NCBI GenBank assembly: GCA_964016885.1
Contig: OZ024743.1
Span: forward strand, 192,200,001-192,264,000
DNA: 64,000 bases
Source: Eledone cirrhosa
Taxonomy: Eukaryota
Direction: 5' to 3'
In this document: in pieces, positions 21,501 to 35,624 of the stretch
Layout of the letters: each line of letters opens with the position of its first letter
Numbering within the stretch: position 1 is the stretch's first letter
Made by a program: the position numbers and the translations under genes
Notes under the pieces: generated by a model
Seen by the model: only the letters and a program-made list of their open reading frames with translations
Databases searched by the model: none
Told to the model about the DNA's origin: nothing

Positions 21501-22690
21501 ATCAGCAACCATTCCACACATGTTGTTGCATAAATTCATCATGCTCATTTAACGTTAGCTTTCCCTGCTAGGAAGGGTTAGACAGGTCTACATAGACCAA
21601 GTTAGTACTGAAGCAGGGCTACTGACCCCTCAGACAGAACACAGGCTGGGGGTTCTACATCTTGCTTATGCATGGTCTCACTTTCTACCGAGTGCACAAG
21701 AGAGGTTGTCTTGTTTTTGATACAATTGAAGCGTCCTTCCAAATTTTTGGTTTGGCAAACTTTCTATGGATGGATGCCCTTCCTATCACCAACTACTTTA
21801 CAGCATATACTGGGTGCAATCATTGTGTAAATCACCAGCACTAGGGAGGCTGTTACGTCCTTGAGACAACTGAAGAGTCCTCTCAACCCTTTTTTTTTTG
21901 GCAATTAAAAATCCTAAATTAGAAATAGTAATCATACCACACCAAAATTTTACCACATTCTTACTGTGTCAAACCTCAAACTTTCCCTCCCCACTTGATT
22001 TACACACTTCCCTACAAATATATATTACATAAAGAATATATTCTCAACAAAACACACACGAAGACACACACACACACTCTACATTTTCACTAATTATCTT
22101 CCTTGAATATAACATCTCTTCTACTGAGTTACAGCATTCTCAGTAACACTATATTATTTCCATTGGCCATTAGCTGACATGCTTCTCTCATATCGTTTCT
22201 TGATGAAGGACTACTGTCCAAAACATTGAACTCTCCCCTATTTCTTCCTTACAGCATGTAATTAGTTGCTTTGTATTTTCTGATCATTTGTCCCAACCCA
22301 TATCAACATGGAAAATGAATAAATGGATGGATGATGTGTTGTTTTTCATTCCTGAAATCTTTATGGATATATTCACTTGAATTAATCTTCAAATATCAGT
22401 GAATAACAATTTCTGAGCTCATATCATTTCTTCTTACAACCAGACTGTTGATAGAGTGATGTTCTAAGCATGCAAAATTGTTAGTTAAAGGAATCCCTAC
22501 TGTTCTAAATGTTGAGATTACATGTTTTAAATATTAATCCTTAGGCTAGAAATGCCATTGCATGTTGACATCTCAGTAGTAGGTTGCTGGGCCAAATAAG
22601 TTGTTCTGCAACTTAGAGTTAATTCGACAAAGAAAGTCTACCAAAGGTGAACTAATCTCTCTCTCTATCTATCTATCTATCTATCTATCT

Positions 22691-24668
22691 AGGTCCATAC
22701 ACGACAACCTCCACCTCATGCGATACATCATAGAGAGGGTAGGGTGTAAACCCGGCTTCGGTGGGGCCCTGATCAACTTGGATCAATCTAAGGCTTTCGA
22801 TAGGGTTGACCATCGTTACCTGGATGCGGTGCTCGAGGCGGCAGGCTTCGGGCCCGTGTTCAGTGGCTGGATTGCTGCAATGCACAACAGCAACATCTAC
22901 TCAAGGGTCAAGGTGAACGGCTACCTCTCGGAGCCGTTCCATATTACGCGATCCATTCGACAGGGATGCCCTCTCTCCTCCCTCCTGTACGTACTGACTC
23001 TCGAGCCACTACTGCAGAAGTTGGAGCTATTGCAGGGCATCCATCTGGAACCGGGACTGCGGAAAACGGCGTCGGCCTACGCCGACGACGTGACAGTAGT
23101 AGTGTCAAGTGCCTCGCAAATCGAGGAAGTTGGCACCTTACTGAAGGAATACGGGACAATTCCATCGGTTTGCAACTCGGATCGTGGAGAGGCAAACCGA
23201 TGCCTTCCGATGGCGTCGTCAGACGCTGGACGGAAGGACCGGTAAAGCTGCTCGGGGTCTGGTTTGGTCCGGACCTCCAGGTGGAGAAGAAGTGGAACGA
23301 AGTAACGGCCAAGGTGTTTGTACTCACCCAGAAGTGGGCCGAGTACAAACTATCCTTGAAGGTCGAGCGGAGGTGGCGAACACTTTTATAGCGTCTGCCA
23401 TCTACTACTGCTTGACCGTCGTGCCTTGTCCAGCCAAAACGCTCGCCAAAATGGAGCGCGCGCTCTTCCAATTCCTTTGGAAGAGGCGGGCTCCTTTGGT
23501 GAGAAGATCCATCTGCTGCCAACACTCTTCTAATGGAGGGCTGGGGATACCATGGTTGACGATGCGCAAACACGCGCTCAGGCTGCAGCATCTCTACGTA
23601 TTCCTCACCGGACAACCGGTGTGGGCCTCGTTCATGAGGCAAGCCTTCCCATGACTCGTCTCGCTGACCAAGCTGCAGTCCTGGGTCAAGCAAAGACCGA
23701 GGAAAATGGGCGACTGGCACATCGAATGTGCTCAGGCGCTCACAGCCCTCTGGCAGGCGGACCCGGCGATCAGTGGTGCTTCCACTTCGTCATTCTATAG
23801 AGGGTTGATCCGCAGCAAGTGCGACGACGCGCTCGGTGAAACTCTAGGTGTAGAGGAAGATGAACTGGCCAGTCTGTTTGGTAGGACCTTCCGCCCGGGA
23901 CCGATGGACAACTTCCAAAAGTCCCTGGCCTGGCAGTGCTACCGAGGAGCTCTACCAGTTCGAGACAAGCTCTACAGACATGGGCGCCCGGGCAGGGACC
24001 CTGCAAAAAAGATCTGTCCGAGGTGCGTGCGTAACGAAGAAACCGTCGCGCACACATTCATACACTGCCCGGGCGTCACTGACCTGTGGGGCTATGTAGA
24101 ACGACTATTGTCGCGGGTGGGACCAATCTGGTTGACCACCGAGTCCATTGTCATGATCAAACCGCCACCCTCCTTCAAAAACGAAGGAGAGGCGGTTTTC
24201 CTTTGTGTGATAGCTATGGCGAAAGAGGTTGTATGGTGGACAAGGTTGAAAGGGCTGAGGTCAGACACCTTTCTCTCCGGCCAACAACTGATTCTTTTTT
24301 TCAAATACCACTTTGGAAGAAGAATCAGGATGGAGAGAGAGGTGCTGTACCCCAGCAAGTTTTATGAAAGGTGGGTGAAAGTGGCGAGAATGGCCCGAGT
24401 GAATGGGCCTTCTCTCTATATCAGCCTGTAGGTTGAGGAAAAGGAGGAGGAGAGGAAAGGAGTACAAACTCTTCGTACTCCTTGAGATGAGGGTTGCACA
24501 TTTTTTCGGGGGTATGTGTTACCCATATGAACTGTCTCCCCCTATTGGGGAAAATCGACTAATTTTTTAAATTGCATTTGTGATAACATTTTACACGTTT
24601 TTATTGTATGTAAACTTCCCCCTTTGTATTTGTCCCCTTCTTTTGTGCCTCTGTGGCTAATAAAGAAA
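22691..24668 (+). mobile_element. 5'-truncated Tx1/L1-clade LINE in a (TATC)n microsatellite
   Basis: RSIHDNL, LDQSKAFDRVDH, RSIRQGCPLS, AYADDVT, GGLGIP and CPRC....ETVAHTFIHC zinc finger across frameshifted ORFs; GC-rich relative to flanks; AATAAA at 24659; (TATC)n on both sides. Confidence 0.88.
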
Positions 24669-26146
24669 CATATCTATCTAGCTATCATCTGTAGCAAATA
24701 AAGAAATCTATCTATCTCCCTTTCTATCTCTCTCTCTCGGATTGATAAAACACTGAAGCAAACATGTTATGATAATGACATATCTAGAAAGTTGTATCAC
24801 ACTATTAGCTTCTACTATTTGGTATGTATTCATTCGCTAAAAGAAATCAATGGGGGCCTCTATATAGTTGTTGAATATGCTAGAAATAACAACTTAATCT
24901 TCTACAAAGCACATATTGTTGTTTAAAAAAAAAAAAGGACATATATGAAAATGTAGTCTTAGATATACAAAAAGATGAGATAATCATGACTAGAATGCCT
25001 TCAACAATAAATATTACAATCACATCAACAAGAAAACCTCTCTGCAGTTGTTTGGTCAGCTAGAAATAACAGCCATATTTTAGGTAAATTACATCCTACC
25101 ATCTTTAAAAAAATGAGACATAGGACAATGTAATCCCAGAGAGGGATGAGCATCAAAAGTCTAATTGTAAATACTAATGTCGTGAAGAAAGAAAAACATT
25201 AGCCCAGTGATTAATAATAGTTTAATGATTTCAGCAAGTAAAGAAGATAATTTAGAGCATATTTGGTCATATAAGACCTTTTCAGTGAAGTTAGACTTCA
25301 CCATACTATTCAAAGCAGTGATAAGGGATGCACTAAGAAGAATTATAGTATTGTAATATAAATAGGTGTGAAAAATAAGCATATCTTCAAATAAGTGTAT
25401 TACTGGGATACCATCACCATGAAAATCAACAGTTAAGTAGAGAGATGAACAAATGATTCAAATAATATTAACCATTGAGCTAAAGTTCCTCACTACGTTA
25501 GTATTTCAAATAAAATTTGTCATGTCTATATATTTGTTTGATTTTTAACAGATGAAATTAATCTCTGCGATTAATTTAGTTGTCGATCCACAAGACATTA
25601 AAAGAAAAACAGTTGAAATACCTTTGGTTATAGGACTACAGAATCAGCTGTAGTGTTACTTTCTCAACATTTGAGCTCTCTACATTAGATTTATTCAACA
25701 CATTCGACAAATCTGTTTTTCCCCAGTTATTTCAAGCCCTTTTTTTTTCATAGTATATGTTTTCCTAGTTGATCAACATTACAACTTCTATATCATGCAA
25801 GGGACCTTTAAGGGGGATTGTTTTGTTATCAAAAGACAACAGTTACTGGCACCTCCTCCAGTAACATTTAACACCTGATTAAAGAACGTCATTTGCTGCC
25901 TGCTACTACTAATTACATTGATTCCGTTACAGAAGGAACCTGTCTACAACTTCCAGTGAACTATCACAACAGTCTACATAGCCATCAGGCTTGCACAGTC
26001 AGCTGCAACAGTATATTTAGTTCACTTAAAATGTTGAATCAGTTAATCTGAAATGTTACTACACTTCTTGTGTACTCATTTGTTGCATTGTATACATAAT
26101 AAGGTGGAGGATTTACCAACTGCCTTCTTACATGTAAGGCAGCAAA

Positions 26147-26450
26147 TTGGCAGAGTTGTTAGAATGTCAGATAGAATGCTTTGTGGTATTCATTCGAGCT
26201 CGCTGAGTTCAAATCCCACCGAAGTCGACTTTGCCTTTGATCTATTCGAGGTCAATAAAAAAAATAGTACCAGTCTCGTACAGAGGGTCAATTCTTTCTC
26301 ATTTTCTATCCTTCTCTGGAAGAAATCTGCTGTAGTCAGGCCTGGAGAGGGATAGGCTCTGCCAGGCTTCAAAAAATGCCTAAGAAATGCTGTATGTCAT
26401 TATGGCACCCCAACAACTCCATCAGATGTTATGGGATCATACCATACTAT
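26147..26450 (+). mobile_element. tRNA-SINE with an extended 3' segment
   Basis: SINE head and core followed by ctggaagaaatc.gctg...cctggagaggg; related copies at ~44750-45290, ~51165-51410 (-) and ~61880-62190 (-). Confidence 0.65.
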
Positions 26451-26451
26451 G

Positions 26452-26885
26452 TAAAGTTGTGAGTTTGAATCCCAGACCAGGTAGTTCATTGTGTTCCTGA
26501 GCAAAACACTTTATTTCATGTAACTCCAGTTCACCCAGCAGTAGAAATGAGTTGTGACGTCCCTGGTGCCAAGCTGTAATCAGCCATTGCCTTTCCCTTG
26601 GACAACATCAGTGGTATGCAGAGAGGAGACTGGCATGCATGGGCAACTGCTTGCCTTCCACAAACAGACCTAACCTAGGCTTGCGCCTCAGAGGGGAACT
26701 TTCTAGGTGCAAAACCATGGTCATTCCATTGCCTTTCCCTTGGACATCAGTGGCATGCAGAGGGGAGACTGGCATGTATAGGCGACTACTCGTCTTCCAC
26801 AAACACACCTAGCCCAGGCTTGTGCCTCAGAGGGAAACTTTCTATGTGCAAAACCATGGTCATTCATGACCAAAGGGGGCCTACG
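26452..26885 (+). mobile_element. CORE-like tRNA SINE with an internal ~143-bp tandem duplication
   Basis: gtgagtttgaatccc B-box and cctgagcaaaacacttt core; ccattgcctttcccttggac...ggtcattc occurs twice. Confidence 0.65.
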
Positions 26886-27253
26886 ACCATACCATACCAT
26901 TCTTACATATGTTATATGACTGTTATTTTCCTAATATACTATTGCGCAGTAAAGAGAGACCACTGAAATGTAAATTGTTCACATTCTCCTGAGAGAAAGA
27001 CATTTGTCACAAATTTAAAATCTGTTGTCAAACACTGTAATCATTTGTTGATTACATTTTAACAATTAACAAAAAATATTTTTTCAATTGTAAGAATATT
27101 TTCAAATTCATGTTATTAACCTCTTAAATTTTCCCAAGGATTAACAGAGTGGTTAATTGGCAAAAAATGTTACAGCACTCTAATCATTCTGCCAGAACCA
27201 AATTTGTTTTTTATTCATTCAGCAAGTATTAGTAATTACAGGAATTCATTCAA

Positions 27254-27318
27254 ATAATAATAATAATAGTAGTAGTAGTAGCAGCAGTAGCAGCAGTAGC
27301 AGCAGCAGCGGCAGTGGC

Positions 27319-27359
<41 letters not shown>

Positions 27360-29000
27360 CAGCAGTAGTAGTAGTAGTAGTAGTTCTCCTCCTTCTCCTC
27401 TATTACCCACTTATTCCTGAGAGGGTCATGGTGGCAGAGTCCTCAGATACGTCTTATGAGAAGTAACCCTCTCTAAATGATCTGGATTGATCGTCAAGCA
27501 AGACCAACTGAGCTTATGGATGTTATCCAACCATCTTGTTTGCGGTCTACCTCTGGGTCTCCTGGTGGTGGGCATTACCCATAAACTCTATCTAGTGAAT
27601 CTTTCCTTAAACATTCTAACCACATATCTGCAGTACCAGAGCTGTGATCTTTTGATTCAGAAAAATAGGGGCTCTACCTGGAGTGACTCTCTGATCTCCA
27701 TGCTATGAACTCTATAAAGTAACATTGCTTTAAAGAACCTTCGCAGGGCCACATTTTGGCCGCTTGTATTCGTGATTGTATTTTTTAGTCATCACCCAAA
27801 ATTCATGACCATAGATCAGGCTAAGCAAGAACAGCGAACTGAAGATAGCAAGTTTCACTTTTACACCTACCTACCTTCTTCTGATGACCGACTGTTGAAG
27901 CTGGTACAATAATACACCTAGCTTCAGTAATTCTTGCATTTAATTTAGCCTCCTACCCTCCATCATTCATGAAAATGGTCCCGGGATACTTGAACTTCTC
28001 TACCTGTTTCAGTGTAACTCCACTTACATGCAGAATACACTGCACAGGCTTTCTTAAGAGGACAAGTGTCTTTCAGCACTGATTTTATTCCTGCTATGCA
28101 GCACTTGGCAGTAAACCTATCCAGTGTATAGCAGAGATCACTTGATTAGTTAAGTAGTAGCATATCATCTCCAAATATCAACCAAATGACCCTACACCGG
28201 CCAATTTTGATACGACTTCCAACCCAGTTGCACATGTCAACCCTGTTCATGGGATAGGTATAACAGGGGAGGTGACAATCCATACCCTTAGCAAAGTCCG
28301 ACACCCACATTGAATGGTTTCAACTTAGCATTATTTATCCAAACACAAATACTAGGGTATTTATATAGGGACAGCAAGGCAACAAGCTGTTTGTCAATCC
28401 TTGCAGAATTTTCCACAAGTCCCATGGAATGTGGTCATATGCCTTTTTGAGGCCCATGAAACAAGCATACAGCTCTTGGCAATACTCCCACAATTCCTCG
28501 ATGACCTGCCGTAGAGTAAGTATTTGGTCTATTATGCTATGTCCAGAGCAAAAACTACAGTTTTAATAAAGAGATTCCCCAATAATCAGAGCAATCTTTC
28601 ATCTCTCTATTTGAAAATTACAATTATCCCTCCAAATTGCCATTGCTTTGATGCCTTTCTAGAGATCTAGGCTACCCAGCACACATAAGTCAGCCAGAGA
28701 ATTTAAAGCTTTTAACATATCATGATGAATTTCATCCTCTCCAATTGTGCACTCTAATTGCTCTGATGACCTCAGCCTCCAAGAGGTTAGTCTTCCCCCT
28801 TGATGCAACTCATGTCCATCAGGTGTTGTTATGACTGGATTCAGGTGATCAGCAAAGTGCTCTCTCCATCCCACAAGAATGCACCTCTCTTCCAAGAGAA
28901 GAGCCTTAGACATGTTCCTGATAGCAGACATGGAGGGGAACTTCTTCAGAGCTATTCTACTAAGGAATGGTTTACAGATGATAGATAGCAATATAGCCAC
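27254..29000 (-). mobile_element. Degenerate RTE-like LINE of a second family with a (CTA/CTG)n tail
   Basis: Minus-strand remnants WREHF, GEDEI, KAYDHIP, QVEKFKYPG, IQAAKM, RPRGRPQTRWLDNI; trinucleotide tract at 27254-27385. Confidence 0.7.
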
Positions 29001-29724
29001 CAGATATGATGGTTAATTGATATAAGTGAGCTCCTACTAGACAAGTAAGCAGCTCTGAACCAAATGGCAGTAAGCTACTAGGGTGACAATGCAGCAATGG
29101 GTGACATTGTTAGCTCTCAAGGAAACTCTCACTACCTGGTGATATAGTTAAAATGAGGCCAGTAAAGGCCACCTCTAAAAAAGCCTAGCCTTCACAGGTC
29201 TGAGAAAATTACCACATTTGTGACTGGCATGAATAAGATAGCCAAAAACTGCAGTACGATCAGATTCAATAAAATCAATCATAGCACATCATTCTTTGCA
29301 CAGGTTAACAAGGGATGTGCTCAGGCCTTAGGAAGAGGGTCCTGTTCAAAAACTATATTGCAGTCTCCATCTAACTCTGAAAGATTGGCAATCAGCCTTC
29401 GACCTGTCCTGGGAGGTGTGGGATGGATGTACAAAGGTTGCATATGTGGTAACCCTAAAATAGGTCCAGAAAGGAGCAAATGTTAACAAGTATTAGTAAT
29501 TACAGTAATTCATTCAGTGGAGGTCGACTTTGCTTTTCATCCTCCTGAGGTTGATAAAATAAAGTATCAGTCAGATACTGGGGTAGATTCACTCAAATTT
29601 CCCTTATCTCCAACCCCAAATTGCTGGGCTTGTGCCAAAATTAGAAAACATTATTTGACATAGCAATATTTCAATGTAGAAAGGTTGTGCTAAGATAGAG
29701 AGCAGCATAGTGGGCACTTTACAT

Positions 29725-29945
29725 ATTATAAATAGTGGTTTCTGATTTAGGCACAAGGCCAACAATTTGGAGGAATGAGAAAGTTGATTAAATCGACCCC
29801 AGTGCATTACTGGTACTTTATTCTATCGACCCCCACACGGATGAAAGGCAAAGCTAACCTCAGCAGGATTTGAACACAGGACGTAAAGGGCCGTAACTCT
29901 ATGTCACTAAGCATGGTGTCCGACACTCTACCGATACTGCCACTG
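29725..29945 (-). mobile_element. tRNA-derived SINE
   Basis: Same family as the arrays; A/B boxes and core are on the minus strand. Confidence 0.8.
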
Positions 29946-31688
29946 TGCAATCACATAAAAAGTACAAATAGCAGCAAAAACAAAAATAAATTGAAAGGGC
30001 TAAGGAAAATAAATAATTAAACATGAAAAAGATTACAAATGACTTAGATGGCCTCTTAGAATACATTAGACGGTCCTTTGGAAATGTCAACACAACTTTA
30101 GATGTAGTAGGAAAGGTGAAAAAACAAGGGGTAAATTATATGGGAGGATTATTTGATGTAGTAGCTCTTCACAGCTAAACACACAGTTAAATATCACATT
30201 TCAGTGACAGAGAGATGATATAGAAGAATTGACAAACAAGATTGAAGACAGAAAACAAGAGAGACAAGTCAATAGAATGAGTAGAGAGAGAGGTAGACCG
30301 GCAGACAGATCATGCAAAAAACCAACAATGCACAGAATATAAAGAGAAATATAGAAAAGAAAAGAGTGAAGACAGTCATAGATAGTGTAGTGATATTAGT
30401 GGCAGTCAAAGAAAGAGAAATTAATGATGAAGCAACAATATTTATGATAGTTTTTTTGCGTGTGGTGTTGATTACTGTTTTGCCAGTAGCTGTGGTGTTG
30501 GTCATTGTAAGAGATACTAAAAAAAAACAGGAATTTGCATATAAACTGTTGGAAAGAGTATCTTATGCTTTTTATAACAAGATAGTGAGCTACAATAGCA
30601 GTGAAGTTAAGATAACAGGTATTCTAACTTCATAAGTTCAAATTTCATATCATGCATTCTATTCTTGTCTTCCTAATTGCAAAAGAATAAATCAAAAAAG
30701 AATCATCATGATCATAATTTTTACATCTATTTTTTATGCTCGCATGGGTTGGATGGGTCCTTTTCAGCGCAGCATCTCTCCACTCATCGCATTCCTTCGT
30801 CATCATAACTTTAACTATCTCATAGTTGAGCAGTTAATGAGATTATATTAATTAAATTCCAGCTGTAAAATAGTTTAACCAACAAAATGCTTTCCAAATA
30901 TTGCACATACGGAAATATCATCATTATTATCATTGTTTAATCCATTTTCTCTGCTAGCAAAGACTGGATGTATTGTCATAGACTGATCAGTACTCAAGCG
31001 GAGCCACTGGATGGGCCAGAGACATACATCTTGCTTACATACATTCCAATACTCTATTGATTGTTCTAACAGGCCAAGAGCCTGATATACAATCCTGTGC
31101 TCAACTAAGAGCATTTATTGTGGCACCAACACGAGGGAGGTTGTCATGTCTATGGCACAACTGAAGAAAATTCATGGATGGAAAAAACAATTTCCCCACT
31201 AGTTTTAATTTGAGCAGAACTTATTTTAAGGCAATACAGAAACAAAATTAACATCACATAAAAGTAGTCCACAATGAATTCAACAATATCTGTACAATTA
31301 TTATAATTGTTTCTTCTTTTGGCACAAGGCCAGCAATTATCCCAGTACTTTTTACTAGTACTTTATTCTATTGACCTCGTAAAGATGAAAGGCAAAGTTA
31401 ACCTATCAATTTTTTCCTGAACATCTACTACATACAGTAGTAGTCACCAATTCCTTAATCAAATGAATGTCTACAGGATTAATGTACTAACATAAAGTGT
31501 CCATACTTATCTAATAATCCTCCATCATAATTCTAGGTAAGAAACTGTTGCATTCCAAACAACAGCTAAACAATGAGAAGGTTAGTTATATTACTAAATT
31601 CTTACAAATTTCTGACTATTTTCAAAATTATTTGAAAATCACAGACAATGTGTTTCATTTGAAATATGGTAATGAAAGGCTTAAATTA

Positions 31689-33270
31689 CACCATGTAACG
31701 AAAAAAAATTTTCTCTGTTCCTGGCTTGTAATCACTTTTTTGTGTTGCTTAGGTCCCAAATAAATAAAAAAGTGCTATTAAACAGTCAAAAGTTTGGGTT
31801 TGTAAAAATTCTAAGCTATTCACTGGAATTATTTGTATGCTGGATTTTACGTTGTATCTAAGTTTAATTTGCTTATGTTAAATGATTTTTTTATATATGT
31901 TTCAGGTTAAATTAAAATTATAAAATAAATAATAATACCTAAAGAAAATTATAAAAGTGCAATAAAGTATAAAATTGTTAAAAAGTGGATTAAAGAGATT
32001 TATTGATACTGGATTTTCGCACCCTGAATAAAGAGTAAATTGTGTTTTAAGAATTCGTCTCCAGGATGAAGCAGTGGAACTTGGTCAAGGAGGAAGTGCA
32101 GGTGACAAGTCAGAGAAGTTGACACAAACCTTTCTCAGGCTTTTACACTCTTAGGGATGACTTCTGCTTCTGCCATGACGTGCCTGGACTGTTTGACGTT
32201 ATTGGGGTGCCGTTTGTGCCGTTTGTTGGGGTTGATGAAGCAGTTTGTGAAGGCTCTCAACCAAGAATCAGCTGCTTTTAAGTACCTTCTTGAGTTCTTC
32301 CCCAAGTTATCTGAGGCCAAAATCAAAGGTGGAATTTTTGTTGGACCTCAGATAAAGAAGGTGTTTGAGTCTACCGAGTTCTCCAATAAGCTCAATAGGA
32401 TTGAGAGAACAGCATGGAACTGTTTCAAGGCAGTTGTTAAGGGCTTCCTGGGCAACTACAGAGCTGAAAACTACCAGCAAGGTGCGGGATCTGATAAAGG
32501 CTTTTGGCGCCATGGGATGCAGGATGTCACTTAAACTCCATATGCTGGACGCTCACCTGGAAAAATTCAAGGACAATATGGGCGCCTACTCAGAAGAACA
32601 AGGCGAACGATTCCACCAAGATGTGAAAGAGAGAGTGGAGGTACCAGGGTCACTACAATGAAAAAATGATGGGGGACTATATCTGGGGGCTAGTGCAGGA
32701 ATGCGACCTGGACTACAACCGCAAATCCAGGAAATCCAGTCATTTCTGACGTGTATAAGTTGCTTTATAAGTCTTATTTGTTTTTACTTGTTTGCTTTTG
32801 ATAAGCTTGTGTAATAAAATAAATATATACTCTGTTGATTTAATTATATGAACTGATAAATTAAAAAAAATATATGAACTGATAAACTTTTTTTAAATGT
32901 GTTTTTTCTTGAAAAATATGAAAATTTCGAAATATCAAACTCCTGACCACAAACCCAAACTTCTGATTAAATAAGTTTTTTTTTTATAATAATTGTTTCT
33001 ACGTTTGGCTCAAGGCCAGTAGTTACCCAGTGCATTACTGGTATTTTATTTTATCGACCCCATAAGGATGAAAGGCAAAGTAAACCTCAGCGGGATTTGA
33101 ACTCAGAATGGCAAGGGCCGTAACTCTATACGTCAAAGCATAGCGTCTGACCCTCTACCGATACTGCCAATCCACCGCCCTTTTTATATATGTTTTTATC
33201 ATATTAACGGGATATAACAAACCATGAAATGACACTTAGAACCGGGGAACAAAAAATATGTTACACGGTG
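31689..33270 (+). mobile_element. Internally deleted Chapaev3-like (CMC) DNA transposon with a nested SINE
   Basis: Termini CACCATGTAAC and GTTACACGGTG; TTA TSD at 31686-31688 and 33271-33273; transposase remnants LGLMKQFVKAL, FPKLSEAKIK.GIFVGPQI, MSLKLHMLDAHL, YSEEQGERFHQD, MMGDYIW. SINE at ~32986-33180 (-). The family name comes from recalled motifs and termini. Confidence 0.8.
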
Positions 33271-35624
33271 TTACCTGTAAAGATGCAATAAATTGGAGGT
33301 GGATCATTATGATCCTATTCATACTTTCCAGATGAAACTTAACTTATTTGAATGTCAACTATTGATAATATTATACATTTTCTAGCCTTCAAGTCTCTAC
33401 ATGTTTCATGCCAATGTCAACACAGAAAAGTATTGCATAAAGATTTCAAAGTTAATGAAGGAGTTCCTAGAGAGATTTACTGACTTTAAAATCCTTGAAA
33501 GTAATAGGAGGGAGTATTCTGAGGGTCACTTATTGAGGAAGCACACAAAAAACCAGTGATGCTGACCACTAGGGCAAGTATCCCTTCCCAGTTGTCATCT
33601 TCCAATCTACAGGTGTATACTTGGAGAAGACATGTTCACTTGGACCAAGCTCACCACTCTAATCCACCTTGACTGGAAGGCAGCACTTCACTCTCTACCT
33701 TGATTTTTATCTTCAAGTAAAACTAGAAAAAGTTAATTAGGGCCTTCCTGTAGAGGAATATATCTGCCCTCAACCTTTCTGCTGGATTAATCACACAACC
33801 TCTTTCACCATGGCCACCATGCAGATGAAAACTGCCTGTCCTTCCCAACTAAAGGAAGATGGCAAAGCTATCTTCATGATAGACTCAGCCAATAGCTGGC
33901 TCCGTCATACACAAGACAGTAGTTGTTTAACATAACTCTCTAAATTAGCAATAATAGGATACTGGGTAAGTTTGTGCAGGACAGTTTCATCACCCTATGC
34001 GCATCATGGTCAGCGCTACCAGGAGTATTGTAAGCTCTACATGCCTGTAGATCTTATCTTGAATAGACAGACCAGGGACTTTTGGAAGTTATCCATCAGC
34101 CCTGGACCAAAAGTTCTCCAGAAAGCAGCTATTCGATCACTTTCAGTACACTGTCTCCCCAAGAGTGTCATAGCTTATATAATGATGACTACTGATATTA
34201 AAAAGATACATTTTCTGCTTAGATTCTGCATTCGTTAAAGATACCATTTGTTCTTTCACACAGATATTTGCTTCTTCAAAATGTAACAACTCAATATTCA
34301 AGTATATCTTTCTTTTCTTTTTCAGTTAGAAATCTCAAATTAATAAGCCAGATGCTTCATATTCAGATTATGGGAGGGGGTAATTGAAATTTAGATTTAC
34401 ACTTGAATATTTCAATAACTCTATATTTCTTCTCTATTTAAATTTTCTAATGTATCTTTATTTAATTTCAATTCAAGTTTTGATTTTTTTTTTTTGACAT
34501 GATTTTCAATTTCTGTTTTATTCGTTAAGTTTGAGTTTTTGAAAAGTTTGCAAATCTATCATCTCGAAATTTTGACTAAAAAATGATGAGTAAATCTTTT
34601 CAATTGTAATGTCTATTCTTGATTGATTTAGAGAGATAAAAGTGACAAATGGTAGATTTGAGGTGAGTTGTTTAAGCTACTTAGCCACACACCAACTCTC
34701 AGCATGTGAATCTAGGATCAAAAACATTGAAGCTATGACTTGTTATGGCTGTCTACACTCAGTCCAACTCTCAGCATGCAAATCATCTTCACCATCATCA
34801 TTGTTTTTATGTCCATTTTTCTGCGCTTGCATGGAAAAATGGACACATAAAACCAAATTGCCCACATCTGCCCCATGCAGTAGATTTTAATCGGAGTTAC
34901 TGCCCTCCCAGACGGAGGATTGCCGTCACCATGCCTTATGGAGTCCACATCAGCCCAGTGCAGTCATTTTTAATCAGAATCACTGCTCTCCTAGGCAGGC
35001 TACCTTTATTTCAGGTGTAGGGTCCATGTCTGCCCTGGGAGGTAATTTGTAATTTGCTGTTTCACTCATCTTAGACGATCTGTCATCTCAATAGCTTACA
35101 AAGCCTCGTGAATCTTAATTTTCTCAGAGTGAATCAGCATTTTTGATATGGAGAGGTAAGTGTGATGGTATGAAAAGCAACAGGCAGGAACTTGGTGGAA
35201 AGGGGGGGGGGATAGCAAACCAGTAGGTAGTGGATAGGGGGGAGATGTAGAGACGCTATAGCGGGAAGTTAGAGCCAGAAAAGAGGCTCTTAAACATTGA
35301 AATAATAATAAAAATAGTAATAAAAACACATTAATAGATATGTTAAAAAACATGATATAGTTAATTCAGAAACCAAAGAGGATTAGAGAAATCATCTTAT
35401 CTGCTTCAATTTTGGTTCCACCATACGAAATGTTGAGAAAGAGATGAGAAAAGAGAAAAAAACAGCCAGCCTGCTTGTGTGCACTGTGTGATGGTGACCT
35501 GGCTGGAGGGAGGAGGTGGGGGGGGGGGGGGAACAACTGGTCAGCATGATGAAAAGTTAAGGCAAAATAACAGGAAGTTAGAGTGAGAAATGGTTGTTAA
35601 ACATTGAAATAATAATAAAAATAA

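Noticed and set aside
30023-30178. 51-aa ORF MKKITNDLDGLLEYIRRSFG... and ORF 30312-30635
   Set aside because: No recognisable homology or splice context; expected by chance.
33540-34180. Possible decayed retroelement coding region
   Set aside because: Higher-complexity sequence, but no motif could be assigned by eye.
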